A stretch of DNA of 62,169 nt, the filler included, from Kipferlia bialata (lineage: Eukaryota): assembly GCA_003568945.1 (NCBI GenBank). It is 6 parts of 5 records of this genome, joined end to end, with 100 filler letters (N's around TTAATTAATTAA, not from the genome) between each part and the next. Parts side by side here need not be neighbours in the genome. Positions count along the whole stretch, not along the records: positions 14,658 to 29,212 come from BDIP01000803.1; positions 29,313 to 43,866 come from BDIP01000804.1; 4 more parts are not named here. The stretch is one strand, 5' to 3'. This document shows positions 28,377 through 42,273 of this stretch, piece after piece. The notes under the pieces are model-generated. The model was not told the DNA's origin, ran no database searches, and worked only from the letters and a program-made list of their open reading frames with translations. A program made the position numbers and the translations under genes. Every line of letters starts with the position of its first letter. Within the stretch, counting starts at the first letter, position 1.

Positions 28377-28921
28377 TTAGTGTATATTGAGATGCCTATA
28401 AAACACTGTCTCAATTGAATGCGTAGTGTTTGAGGGCATGGGCATAATTTACGAGGCAGAATAGACACATTGAGGGGTCTGATATTCACTCTCAATTGAA
28501 TAGTGCTTTTAGTAACTGCTACTAGTGGTATTCGAGTGCGTGGCATGGGCATAGTCTACTGGGCAGATTAGACAAATTATGCCGATCCATTCATTTTACC
28601 GGTATTGACTCCAAAAACACTGCACCCTTATGAAGAATTAAGCACAAGTTTCGTAAGACTACCGCACGTACATCATTTACTTGGATATGGTGCTCTTACA
28701 GGGTCATATTGTGTACTCTACCTCCTTGGGCATGTGGTGGAAGATTGAGAAGAGAGTGGTGGAAGATTGAGAAGAGAGTCCTAATAATTCTAGATTCACT
28801 TTGACACCGTTTGATTCCATCATTCTAAGTGCTCACATCGGTGCAGAATCGACGCATCTCTCTTTGCAGTATCATCTAGCTGCCTCCCCCCCCCTCTCTC
28901 TCTCTCTTACGGTTCCCTAGG

Positions 28922-29048
28922 ATGCTACATCTTCTTTGTCTGGTTCTGGTGGTGGGTTGCCTTGGCGTGAGTGTCCTTGCAGGTGAAGCAGCACAGTTTG
29001 ACTTCAACACAGACACTGCCACTTTGCTGTCACGCCTAGAGGCACCTG
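28922..29048 (+). CDS. First exon of a signal-peptide-bearing protein; truncated by contig end
   Basis: ATG-MLHLLCLVLVVGCLGVSVLAGEAAQFDFNTDTATLLSRLEAP followed by a gtgagt donor; hydrophobic N-terminus with a V-x-A cleavage-like site. Confidence 0.65.
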
Positions 29049-29167
29049 GTGAGTAACCCCCTCTCTCTCTCTTCTCTCTCTATTTCTCTCTCCATTTCTC
29101 TCTCGAGCAATATGGAGTACCCCCATACACTCACAAACATATCATTTGTGATGTTGCTTATACCGAT

Positions 29168-29202
<35 letters not shown>

Positions 29203-29212
29203 CTCCCCCCCC

Positions 29213-29312
29213 NNNNNNNNNNNNNNNNNNNNNNNNNNNNNNNNNNNNNNNNNNNNTTAATTAATTAANNNNNNNNNNNNNNNNNNNNNNNNNNNNNNNN
29301 NNNNNNNNNNNN
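29213..29312. other. Artificial contig linker
   Basis: N44-TTAATTAATTAA-N44. Confidence 0.98.
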
Positions 29313-29598
29313 ACTTTGGTTACCAGCGGAAAGGTAACCAAAGTAACCGTTACCCTGAGACCCTTGAAGTTTTCCATTTCGTAGTTTCGGTATTATCTTT
29401 GTCACCAGAGAGCCTCGAGGGCTCTGCTGAGTTGGTGTAGTTTTAGAGTGAGAATATTTGAAATATTACATTTCATGCCTGCGAATTACCCTAGGACCTA
29501 AGGCTTAGGTGATGATTACATATACATTTACTGTTACCACTTAGTGGGACACGAGACAATACAGCTCACAACAGCACAAGGTCTACACTAAAAATGCT

Positions 29599-31040
29599 TC
29601 ACGACATGAACTTGCGAGGGTATACACAACCATAGCCAATGCTGAGTGCATACACGCCCTTCACTTCCGCCTTGCTGTAGTGTGGCGCATTGTTCCATAA
29701 GGTGTGGAGGTGTACTCTCTCGCAAGTGACCCCCTTTAGCCCCCGAGCCTCATGCAGAGGCACCGACCATCCACTATGCACAATGTTCGTGGATGCGCAC
29801 TGTACATCCCTGACCCCCCAGTCGTCCCACCCCCCACTCACGGTGTCATACGCCAGAAGGTGGACATACGACACTTCCACCTTCACCCCGTACCCCACCC
29901 CGCCCGACTTGTCCTTGCACACAATATGGCGCCCGAGGACTAGGAGAGGGGTGACGAGCGGTGTTTTCTCGGATGGACCCCACCCGGCAGAGGGAGAGAA
30001 GGTACACATCCGTCTTGCCGTGAACACATACGCAGTGCCCCCCACGACAAATGTGCCCGTAGGGTATAGTGTGCTGCAGCCGACGTGTGCTGGGACCTGT
30101 GCTACCCTGACCCACCCGTCTGGGCCAACAGCACTCTCCACCTCTCTATGTTCATCCCATCCCTTTCTTGTTGTGAGAACACCTGGGTCCTCAATGCTCT
30201 CTCCTTTCCCCTTAACACTATGAATAAGCGTGCCTTCAGTACATACACTACCTACACTACCTACAGTGCCTATATCACTGGGGTTGTAGCAATATAGAGA
30301 GCATTGGGACCCTTTTGGGGCAGCACTGTCCCACTGAATGCTGTACAGACAGCCGTCAAGACAGAACAGGCACAGGGAGGTGAGTGTGGTATCCTCTTCG
30401 GAAGAGCACGCAGGGTCTGACCAAAGGACTCCCACCTCCAACGAATCCAGCGCGAGCCTCGCAACCCTGCTACACTCGCAGATATACACGCAGCCATCGA
30501 TGCAGGCCAGCTTTGCCCCAGCTCTGACCGGGACAGACCACTCCACATCCCCACCTGGGGTGGCGCCTACCTCGTGCAGAGTTCCGTCGCACAACAGGGA
30601 CACCAACCGGGCCTTGGGATTAGGGCTCCAAAAATATAGAAATATAGAATATCATTATTAAACAATATATTCTATCTCACTTGGGATTAGACTGCTAAGG
30701 ACAGGGAGTGAAACAAGAGAGAATACAGAGATACATGGGATACCCTTGTGGATAGTGGCACGCCATCAAACTCTTGAAACATGGCATCCAATCCCTCTGC
30801 AAGAGGTGTCAGGGCGAGAATCTGCCGTGGGCCGACTGGGACTAGCTCCGTGTCTGCATGCAAGAAGCCGCCGTAGACTAGGTCATCAGGGAACCTGGCA
30901 TAAGTTCTTGATTGAACGATTGAATGATTGGTTGATTGAATGATTGATTGAGGACTTTGATTGATTGGGACATAAATATCATCACTGACGCACCTGACAA
31001 CCTCAAAGCATGCTTTACTATGGGTGGAACCGCCTTCCAT
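29599..31040 (-). CDS. Divergent kelch-like beta-propeller protein, 3 exons (31040-30994, 30894-30744, 30612-29599)
   Basis: 335-aa terminal exon with kelch-like blades (AKLACIDGCVYI, LFCLDGCLYSI, TFVVGGTAYVF, LLVLGRHIV, LLAYDTVSGGWDDWG). Upstream exons join in phase via gtgcgt...ccag and gtatcc...ctaatcccaag introns. Confidence 0.65.
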
Positions 31041-32234
31041 TCACTGAACTGCAAGAATTCTGGAGTTTGGAGAGGTTTGAGGAGGGGAGCGGGATATAGT
31101 GGGGGTTGGGTGGGGGGGGGGGGTTGCAAACCACACCTGTCAATCAGTTCAAGGGACAAACCGATGTGACTGACCGTCCATGAGTTCATTTGGGTGTATC
31201 AGAGACTACTGTATACAGGTAGAGGGAATGAGAGCGAATGTGGAGGGGGGGGGGGGGCAGAAGTGATTCTGCTGTTGTACTTGTAATCCACCTTCAAGAC
31301 CGAAGAAACACGTGAATGCTCTCTCAATCACCTATGGGTCTTGTTTGGTCTCAGTTGTCCCGAACACCTTGGGGATAAGAGGGAGAAACGTGACGGTAGG
31401 GAGAAAAGGAGGGGAGGAAGGGATAGAAGGCAAGGTGTGTATAAATGAGAGAGAGAGAGACCTGTTCCTCCAATTAGTCTGGTAGTGTATTAGATACTAT
31501 CATACAGAGTCCTACGCAATATCTATTTATATATATATACTATATGTGTATATAGATGTCACACACATATAGAATCCACAGTGAGAGATAGATCTAGGTG
31601 AGAGAGACCTAATCTGCCTGTATATATGTAGACATTTACACCGAGATTAGAATGATTCTAATAGAATGGGAACACAGGCCCGGGGGGGGGGGGTAATATC
31701 AGTATCAATGCTGGGGGGGGGAAGGTGAGTGAGTGTGTGACACTCCAACGGATAGTAAGAGTGTCTGACTCAGACGGTCTGAGTAAGAGAGAGGCAATAT
31801 GTACATCCATACCAAAGTCTTCCCCCCCCAGTATTTACATATGCAAAAGTGATTTCTAGCGTGCATTCACTGGTTGAACATGTATCTCACCTCAACCTGT
31901 GGGAACGTGGAGAGAGGGTTCCGCTTGCTATTCAAAAGCAGTTCTGGTAACTCTTCAAGAATCACACGAAGGGTGTAGTTGTTTTTGATTGTCAAAACTA
32001 CACCGATACACCCACTCTTCCAGCTAGATCAACAATGCCTGAATACATACATAGATACTCATACTATTTCTTACACTGACACACAGGCACATCATGTCTG
32101 TGTCCACAGTGACACTGCTGTGCATTATTCTCTACATGCGACACTCTATGTGCCGTTAAATATACTGAAGATTTTCACTTACACAAGGCATATCATGTCT
32201 CTGTCCACAGTGACACTGATATGTACTACTCTAT

Positions 32235-32459
32235 TCATGTCGTTCTCACTATATATACACTGATACTGACGCCTAGACATATCATGTCCCTGTCCACAGT
32301 GACACTGGACGAGACAGAGACATAGGTAGCAGAAGAACATATGCAGAGAGAGAGGACAGATACCGAAGGAGTACATGATGTGGATAGTGTCGTGTAGACA
32401 GAGCAGTAGGGAGACACGTTGGTCCATCATGACAGGCAGAGCACACGTGTATCCTTCTG
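32235..32459 (-). CDS. Probable terminal exons or relic of an unidentified gene (...HHVLLR|VTVDRDMICL...)
   Basis: Acceptor-like sites and a gtatct donor are present. The nearest echo of VTVDRDMICL differs only at synonymous positions in this frame. Upstream exons could not be reconstructed. Confidence 0.3.
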
Positions 32460-33088
32460 CTTGTGTTAAGGATAGCTGGCTAATAGAGAGATTAAAGTCA
32501 ATTCCAGTGTATTGTTAGATTGTCAATAACTGGTTCCAGTGTAGTTGTATAGCAAGAGTTTGAGGGTAAGGATAGATAGGTTGTCCTAAGTGAGTCCAAA
32601 TAATATGAGTCGAGGTTGATGTTGCATCGAGGTTCCCAATAGCCCTCAGTGCATGAGTTAGGACCCTATGTTAAGGCTTGTGTAGCATTTGGAGGGGAAT
32701 TTGGTATCAAGGTCCACAATGAGTTGGTAGGCTAATCGACTCGGCACGAGTCGGTTGGGTCTGGAGTCGACTCACCCTACCCCACCTCTGCTAGAGGAAA
32801 CCACCCCATACAGAGAGGCTCTTAGTAGGCTAAGTAAAGGCAGACAACCCGTAGAAATAGGTTGGGTCTTGATTCGACTCACCACGGCGAATCTTCTGAT
32901 ACATGAGTCGACTTTTGCATATCCATCTTGCGTATATGTGAATGTCTAGGGTGAACTTCAAGCCCAACCTCCCTTGGTAAGTATCACCACCAATATCAGA
33001 CACTGAGTCTATTCAAATACGTTCAGAGTCACACTCTGGCATTGTATATACGGAAAGTAACAAATCCATCAAAGACACCACCCATCAG

Positions 33089-33125
<37 letters not shown>

Positions 33126-33320
33126 CCCTGGCCTAAAGGGTGCATGTCGTGTTAGTAAAGTCCATTCTCTCTCTCTCTCTCTCTTTCTCATTTCCTCTCA
33201 ATCATCACTCTCTTTCTCCAGTGAGTCCAGGCTCAATAGGTACCTCTAACACCTACAGCAGCGGTCTCTCGGCTCTGTAAAGCAAGGTATGCACCAACTC
33301 CAACAGCAACATCACATAGC

Positions 33321-33705
33321 CTATAGGTGGTTGCGAGCAAGGGCCCCAAAGTACACCTGAGGGTCAGAAACAGTAATACTACATATACTAATATATAATA
33401 ATAGTATATAACATATGGGAAACTAAAAGAAATCTTGGGAAACACCCCTATGAGAGAGACAGTATTCTCACATACTCTACAGGATGGTTACATTGACGTT
33501 ACGGGCGAGAGAGGTCAGGTACATCTGGAGAGGTAGAGACACAATGAGGGTTCAGCGAGAGAGAGGAAGGCAGAAAGAGAGAGAGAGAGAGAGAGAGTGA
33601 GAGAGAGAGTGAGAGAGGGATACCTTGACGCTCTGAAGGTTCTCAGACAAGGCATTGCGAGAGGCATCCTCGATGTCGACACCTGGGAGGTAAGTAGACA
33701 CACAT

Positions 33706-33737
<32 letters not shown>

Positions 33738-36700
33738 CTAGAGTTGCCACATTAGTGAATATACCCACCAAGCTCCACGTTGCACTGTATGCATACATAC
33801 ACAAAATAACCGTCATACACAAATATATACCCACCTAGCTCTACGTTGCGCAGTGCCTGTTCGACCAGTCTACTCACAGCAACCTCCTGGCCTCCTGACA
33901 TTAAGGGTGCAGAGGGGTAAAATGGTAGGAACCACGAGTTCACTCATATGAAAGAGAGGTATAATAGGGTCATCATACCCCACGTACCGAGTGTCTGGAC
34001 GTGCTCTCCTACATATATAAATATTATTGTACATATACAGATATATATTTATATAGAGAGAGAGAGAGAGAGAGAGAGAATGAGGTATATACGGTCATCA
34101 TACCCCACGTACCGAGTGTCTGGACGTGCTCTCCTATGTAGACACCGAGGGTCTGGGAGTGAGGGGGGGTGGAGAGAAAGAATAACGGGAGAGAGAGAGA
34201 CTTGGTGAGGAGGCAAGAGACGGAAGACAAAGCACAAGAGAATTATGTGTATATAAGAACCCCATATATATATAGAGTCGCATATACACACCTCCTTGGG
34301 GGTGTCTAGCCCTGTGAGCTGGAGTATACACAAATGCAAAGATACATATACATAATATATATAAATGTATATATATATATATCTGTACATACCTCCTTGG
34401 GGGTGTCTAGCACTGTGAGCTGGAGTATACACATATACAAATATATATATATACATAATAATATATTATTATAAATATATATATATATACCTCCTTGGGG
34501 GTGTCCAGCACTGTGAGCTGGAGTATACACACACACATATATATGCAAAGATATATATACATACTAATATACATATATATATATATAAATATGTCTGTAC
34601 ATACCTCCTTGGGGGTGTCTAGCACTGTGAGCTAGAGTATACACACATATATATATGCAAAGAGATATATACATATATACATAATAATAATATATATATA
34701 TAAATAACACTATATATATATATACATATATATATACCTCCTTGGGGGTGTCCAGCACTGTGAGCTAAAGTAGCTGGAGTATACACAAATGCAAAGATAT
34801 ATACACATAATAATATATATATATATATATATGTCTGTACACACCTCCTTGGGGGTGTCTAGCACTGTGAGCTGGAGTATACGCATATGTACAATAATGC
34901 ATATGTATATATATATATATACATATATATATACCTCCTTGGGGGTGTCTAGCACTGTGAGCAGTGGCAGGACAGGGATGGCCATGGTCCAGGAGAACTT
35001 GTCAGCCAGCAGGATGCTGGGGGTGAGGGTGATAGATTTACAACACAATTACATATAATCAATGTAATCATAAGGGTGATAGGTTATTATAATACAGTTT
35101 CATATAAACATAATCATATTCTATATATAAGGCAATTAACAAAGCATGATGCTGAGGGTGAGGTGTATACATAGAAATTCTCATGAATAGTAGCTATGTC
35201 CTACTACTACAGAGAAGTATCATATACCTGTAGTATCAGTGGTATGAATGTATCCACACACTACAATATATTTAAACCTGTTCGGCAATGTATAGTCACA
35301 TACAAACATATATTAACATGTAAATATAATATACATGGACTTCCACCACTTACCTATCCAGCAGGGTCTTCAGACACTCAGGCAGCCGTGGCTTCAACAG
35401 AGTGTCCAGTCGCCTAAGGGTAAGCATGAACGTCACTATGAAAAGTCTCTAAAAGAAAAGAATAGAACTGAATCGATCAAAATCATCGAATGACAAATTC
35501 TTTACCTGGCACAGGTGACATCGCTTGCATCGAAGTAGGATGGAATGTCACTGGTGGTGGAGAGCCTGACACCTGGGGATTAGACACACACAGACATATA
35601 TATATATGTGTGTATATGTATATATGGGACAAAAAATGAGACACTTTGACAACATATATATATATATATGTATATGGAATGTCACTGGTGGTGGAGAGCC
35701 TGACACCTGGGTATCAGAGAGAGATATAGAAAGAGAGAGAGAGAGAAGTTAGCTCAAATACACACGACCATATAAGTCCAATATATACAATTATATTCAA
35801 GAGAGATACCCTATATATATATACATACAAATATATACAGTACCTGCCACATATGTGAGACATGCATTCAGGGCACCGACTGCCTTGTCTCTGACACTGG
35901 GCTGGAGGTGGCCGATGAGACCAAGGGTCTGGGGTGAGTTATGACAAGTATATAGGAAACAAATACAATGGTCTCAATATATACATAGAGTGAGAGCGAG
36001 CGAGAGATAAGACAAAAGGACAGAGACGAGGAAATACCTGTGAGAATAGGGCCAGCAGCAGTTCATCGCTGAGTGCATTGGTGTATGAGGGCAGGGTCTT
36101 GTACATGCACATGACCTGGGAATGAGGGATAAAGGGACAAACATGAGTATACATACAGATTCATGCACATGTGTATAAATATATGTATGTGTAATACGAG
36201 TATGTAATGTATCGACATGACCTGGGAATGAGGACGAAGAGGAAGTTCAGGTCAAGACGTTACAATCATATAAACATATATAAATCCACAACCCATACAT
36301 ATTACATATATTATTCTAACTCACCACATCACTGCCTGTCATAGCGAGCTTAGACACAGTGGACAGCTCATCGACTGGGGGGTTAGAAAGGTGGTAGAGA
36401 GAGAGAGAGAGAGAGAGAGATATGCCATAGGTAGATTCAGGGTCGGAGAGGGACATTTGTGGTACAAAACTCATTAATACATAATGATTATAATATATGT
36501 ACATATACAATATCAATAATATATTGGTGGTACCTGACACCGCAGCATAGGCCGTGAGCACAGCAGCCAGACAGTCCTGAAGGGTGAGAGACACAATTAA
36601 GGAATACACATGTTTCATTAGTAACAGCATAGTGTTAATGGTATTATTAATTATGCGAGAATGTGGATACCTGTAGGCACGTGTCTCCAAACAGCTCAAA

Positions 36701-38116
36701 CACACACACGTCCACCACGGTGTTTGACATGATGGAGTGCAGGGCCTTAAGCATGACTGGGAGTGAGAGAGAGTTATATATACTAATATACCTATATATA
36801 TACATGTAAACCAATTAAAGAATACTGATAGATTTATGCATATACATAATTATATGGTGTTTGACATGATGGAGTGCAGGGCCTTGAGCATGACTACGGT
36901 TAGAGTGATTTACATATATATTAATACTAACCATAAAGACTCAAATGTTGACAAACCCATATATAGAAATTAACCCATATATACATTTCGCCATGATGGA
37001 GTGCAGGGCCTTGAGCATGACTGAGGTTTAGAAATATATATATATATATATGTATATAGAAGAATCTTACACTAAAGGATTATATGCGTATATACACATA
37101 TGATTATGGAGTGCAGGGCCTTGAGCATGACTGGGAGTGAGAGTTATATATATATATACAAGACATACATAACAATATAAGTATATATATACGTATAGAT
37201 AGACTGGGAGTTAGTCACACAGAGTAACCGTATATATATATAGAGAGAGAGAGAGAGAAAGAGAGAGACTTCAACAACCACACCTGTCAATGGCTTGAGT
37301 ACTGTCTTGTATGGCTCCTGGTTCTTGGTCAGCTGGGTCTGGGCCTAAAGGGTAAGGTACAGATAAATCAATACACAACAATGAATACTTGGATGGCCAA
37401 ATATTCATGTGTATGAAAACAATATTGGCAATACCTGCAGCATAGGAATCACCCCTGTGAATATCCGTGTCACGTGCTGTGTCAGCTGGATAGTGACAGT
37501 GTCACGGCCAGAGGAGGGGGACCTCAGACGGACATTGCTGGTGTTATTCATACAATACTCTTCTATATTAACGTATATATATATACACAATTAGAGTGTC
37601 ACGGCCAGAGGAGGGGGACCTAAGGCGAACATTGTTGGGGTTAGATGTGTACATATGCAAATAATATACATAGAGAAAGAGAGACCTAAGATGAACACTG
37701 CTGGTGTTAGGAATGGTATATTAATAATAATAATAGAGTAATATGAATATATAATTAGGAGGTACTACCAGAACAAAATACACATACTATAACTATTACT
37801 ATGTCTGTGCATGCCTCGAGTATGAGTCTGAGCAAGAGAAACCCAACTACATTTGGTATATGTAGGTATATATATATATAAATGTGTGTGTGTATGTGTG
37901 TGCAACATACCTGTCTGTGCATGCCTCGAGTATGAGTCTGAGCAAGGGTACCACCAGGGGGAATGGTAGAGAGGCAAGGAGGGTGGGGTCGGCCAGGCGC
38001 TGGAGGTGAGTACTAATAGAAAGGAAACAGAGACAGAGGTGTGTGAGAGAGAGACAGAGAGAGAGAGAATGGCAAGAAGGGTGGGGTCGGCCAGGCGCTG
38101 GAGGTCAGAAGAGAGG

Positions 38117-38155
<39 letters not shown>

Positions 38156-41100
38156 ATGGCAAGGAGGGTGGTCAGCCAGAAACTGCTATACATAATAATA
38201 ATATTACCAAGATGTTGCAAATGAATATGGAAGAGAGCATACACACACATACATAGACAGAGAGTTCTGGATGGGGATTGGGACCAGAGAGACTCTGGGG
38301 ATCAGAATACAGAAGGACACTAGAAAACCAACACTTCAGATATCTAAACACACTTCACCGTAATCAGAATATGAAAAAGTCTTGTTTTCATGTACTGCAC
38401 TACAATGTACCTTGAGAATTGGCAGGAGTTCCCTAACAATCTCACAACTATAGAACTGTTCAGTACAGCAAGAACAACATGTAACTGTGTAAAACTAAAC
38501 TACAATTCTTCAAATATACCTTGAGAATTGGCAGGAGTTCCCTGACAATCTGGTCCTTGAACACAGACCGGGCCTGGACACCCCTCATGAGGCCCCTGGG
38601 GTTAGAACGCAATAAAGAATGAATATATATATAGAATATATATAAATATTGAATCTCACCTGGCAGCTCTGAGGCTGAATAACAGCTCTGAAGCTTAGTG
38701 TATATATACTTCCAATGAATATAACATGACGTTCTTCATAATTATACCTTGCCGCTCTGAGGCTGATTAACAACTCATTGGGAGGCACTGTCTGGCCCTG
38801 ACTGAAGGAGACAAGGGGGACGAGGGAGGGGTGGAACAATAACCTAAGAGGTTAGAGAGAGAGAGAGATATATGGATTGAAGACCAGGGGGACAAGGGAG
38901 GGGTGGAACAATAACCTAAGAGGTTAGAGAGAGAGAGAGAGATATGGATTGAAGACCAGGGGAACAAGGGAGGGGTGGAACAATAACCTGAGGGGTTAGG
39001 TATGGATATATATACATATATATATATCTATATGTATATATATACTGAAGGAGACATATACTGAAGGGGGGCTAGGGGTAGAAGAGGATCCTAAGAGAGG
39101 GAGAGGGAGATGGATACCTGTGGAACAGCTTGTGTGTCACTGGCTTTCCCATCAACAGACCGATGGGAGTCAGGGCATCCTGGAGGTCCTGAAAATCAGA
39201 ACCAATATAGCTTATTTATGTGTATATGTATATGTATGTGTATATGTATATGTATATGTATGTGTATATGTATACCTTTCCGGCTGCCAGGATGACTGGG
39301 AGGGGACACACTACAAAAGCGGTAATATATATAAACATATATGCATCACTGAATACCTTTCCGGCTGCCAGGATGACTGGGAGGGGACTGTTGGCTGGGG
39401 GTCTGCACAGGGTGAGGGGGTTGCGGTGGATGAGAAGGCCTGGGGTGAGGGTATATATATTAATATATATATACTACTATATATATGTATATAGTGGTAG
39501 TGTGTATAGCAGGGTGAGGGGGTTGCGGTGGATGAGGAGGCCTGGGGTGAGTATATATATATTAATATATATGTATATATATATGTATATATATATAGTT
39601 GTAGTGTGTAAAGCAGGGTGAGGGGGTTGCGGTGGATGAGGAGGCCTGGGGGTGGGGGTATACTATATACATTATATATATATATATATAATATAAACAC
39701 TATTATATATATTGATTCATTGGGGTGGATGAGGAGGCCTGGGGGTGGGGGAAGAATTCCATAATTATATAATACATATATTATATATATTTTATATCTA
39801 TATTATATTGTGAAGAGTAAATATATATATGTATTAATGTGTATAGGGTTGCGGTGGATGAGGAGGCCTGGGGTTGGGGTATCTTATACATAGAGTTAGT
39901 AGCATTCATAGATACATATGTGGGAGAGGGGATAAGAGGTGACACTCACCTAGCGATGGCAGTCTCTCGAGGGTGGAGGTCTTGACAACGTCCTGGGAGG
40001 TCAGAGAGAGGCGAAAATATGGAAGAAACATCTCCAAATACGAAGGAATGTGTTCTGAACGATGTCTTGACAGATTACCCAAGGGGTATGTCTATCCGTA
40101 CCTTTCCGAAGCTCTGCAGCACATTGTGTCCAAAACAGCAATGTAGATTGACTTAATAAGGATACAAGATGATGGCATCCTAATACAGAGTTGTATATAT
40201 GGCACAAAACAATAGTGCTGATACCCTTACCTTTCCGAAGCTCTGCAGCACGTTGTGGACAGTCTTCAACAGCCATGGGAACCTGGGGTACTTGGTCAGA
40301 ACACGGGTGATCCTGGAGGGTCAGGGATGTCGATACTACCTATACACATGAATTAGAAAATATACATACATATATAATAAAATATAATTATTCTTAAAAT
40401 ATAATTATTATATAATAAAATATACAAACATATATATAACTAATAATAATATTAATTAATTACTTGGTCAGAACATGGGTGATCCATAGGGGGTGAGAAT
40501 GACACATTCAGAGTCTCTCTACCTGCATATACGAAGGCATACATACACACTATATTGACAATAATCATACACCGGGGGCCAAGAGAGCGTTAGCACGAAA
40601 TCATACATACACACATAAAAATACCCAATTAATACACCTTGCCAGCAGGGCGTAGAGGACCTCATCTGTACTATACATATACGCACACGTATATATATAT
40701 ATATATATATATTTCCTATATACACACCTTGCCAGCAGTGCATCGAGGACCTCGTCTGTGGTAGGCTCTCCTGCTGAGAGAGAGACAGGCACAGGGGCAG
40801 TGGAGCCTGGTATAAGAAATATATCAATACATATATGTCCATATACAGAGAGAGGCACAGGGGCACTGTTCTGTTACAGGGTCATATATATGAGTGTACC
40901 AATATAGAAACACAAATATACGGATAGAGAGAGAGAGAGACATACAAAAATACAGTGGAGGTTGGCACCAGGCCATACTATGGAAACAAATACTCAGTGC
41001 ATTTACCAACCCCTACCTGATGCCCTCCGCTCTGTCTTTGCAATCACGATATGTCCTGCACATATTCTTATACTTATCCTATACATATTATACTATATAC

Positions 41101-42088
41101 ACGATATTATACTATATACAATATAGCACATATACTACCTGATGCCCTCCGCTCTGTCTTTGCAATCACGCTAGACAGTACACTGGACAGGTGGATGGCA
41201 GACCTGCGCATAAAAGGGTGTGGAGATTAACACTGATCACAGACTGATGAGTATGAATATTAACTGATACCTCTCGAGGAATAGGCCAGCTGGACTGTCG
41301 TATCTGGCAGGCATGGACTGGGAGTGAGGGATGAAGAGAGAGAGAGGGGGGTGAGGGAGAGAGAACTACACTGGCGAATGAGTATACAATGATATACATA
41401 CACGAAGTACCTCGAGTGTCCTCCAGAGGTTGACGACCAGTTCCCGACCTGGGGGGGTGGACATGATGGCCTGGGTATAAGGGATGTAGGAAGAGAGAAC
41501 TAGGGCAGAAGTATTGGTGTATTTGCAGGACCTTAGTGAAGACACATACACAAATCTATCAATGAATGCGTCTACCTGTGTGATCTCTGTGATGACACAG
41601 TATGTGAATATAATACATACAATGAATATGTATATAATACATACAATACATGTACCTGTGTGATCTTAGTGATGAGCAGAGTGGTGGCAGCCAGTCTGGC
41701 AACGGCACGGGTCCTGGGAGTAAGAGGATATATAAATACATTTAGAGGGAGACATAAAGAGAAAGAGAGCGAAACATACTGGTGCATACTGGTACATTTG
41801 TGCATACCTGTCTGGCTCGCTGTCCCCCGAGCATGCCCTCGCCACCAGTGCCTGCAGAGTGGCATTAGCTGGGTCACTGTGGGGTGAGAAAGACAAGGGG
41901 GTGAAGGGGATATGAAACATACTGAGACCGATTGGGTGTGTGATATATATAGTTATGCTTATAGAGATATAGAGAAATGAAAGAGATAACGCACGTTGCA
42001 TCCCCGACATGGAGGCAGAATGCATGGAGGTCCAGAAGGAGAGACATGTCAGGGGACTGGGCACAGAGCTCATCGACACCTGAGGGAT

Positions 42089-42122
<34 letters not shown>

Positions 42123-42234
42123 CATGTCAGGAGACTGGGCAAAGAGCTCATCGACACCTGAGATAAGAGAGAGAGAGAGAGAGAGAGAGACATGTCAGGG
42201 GACTGGGCACATAGCTCATCGACACCTAAGGGAT

Positions 42235-42273
<39 letters not shown>

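Noticed and set aside
28922..29048. Signal-peptide exon as the missing 5' end of the FG-GAP gene at position 1
   Set aside because: There is no overlap or linkage evidence, and contigs are ordered by size, not position.
32460..33100. Cluster of GAGTCGA/TCGACTC motifs and a small hairpin as an element or exon set
   Set aside because: No consistent reading frame, termini or target-site duplication could be built; some copies are simply gtgagt donor-like words.
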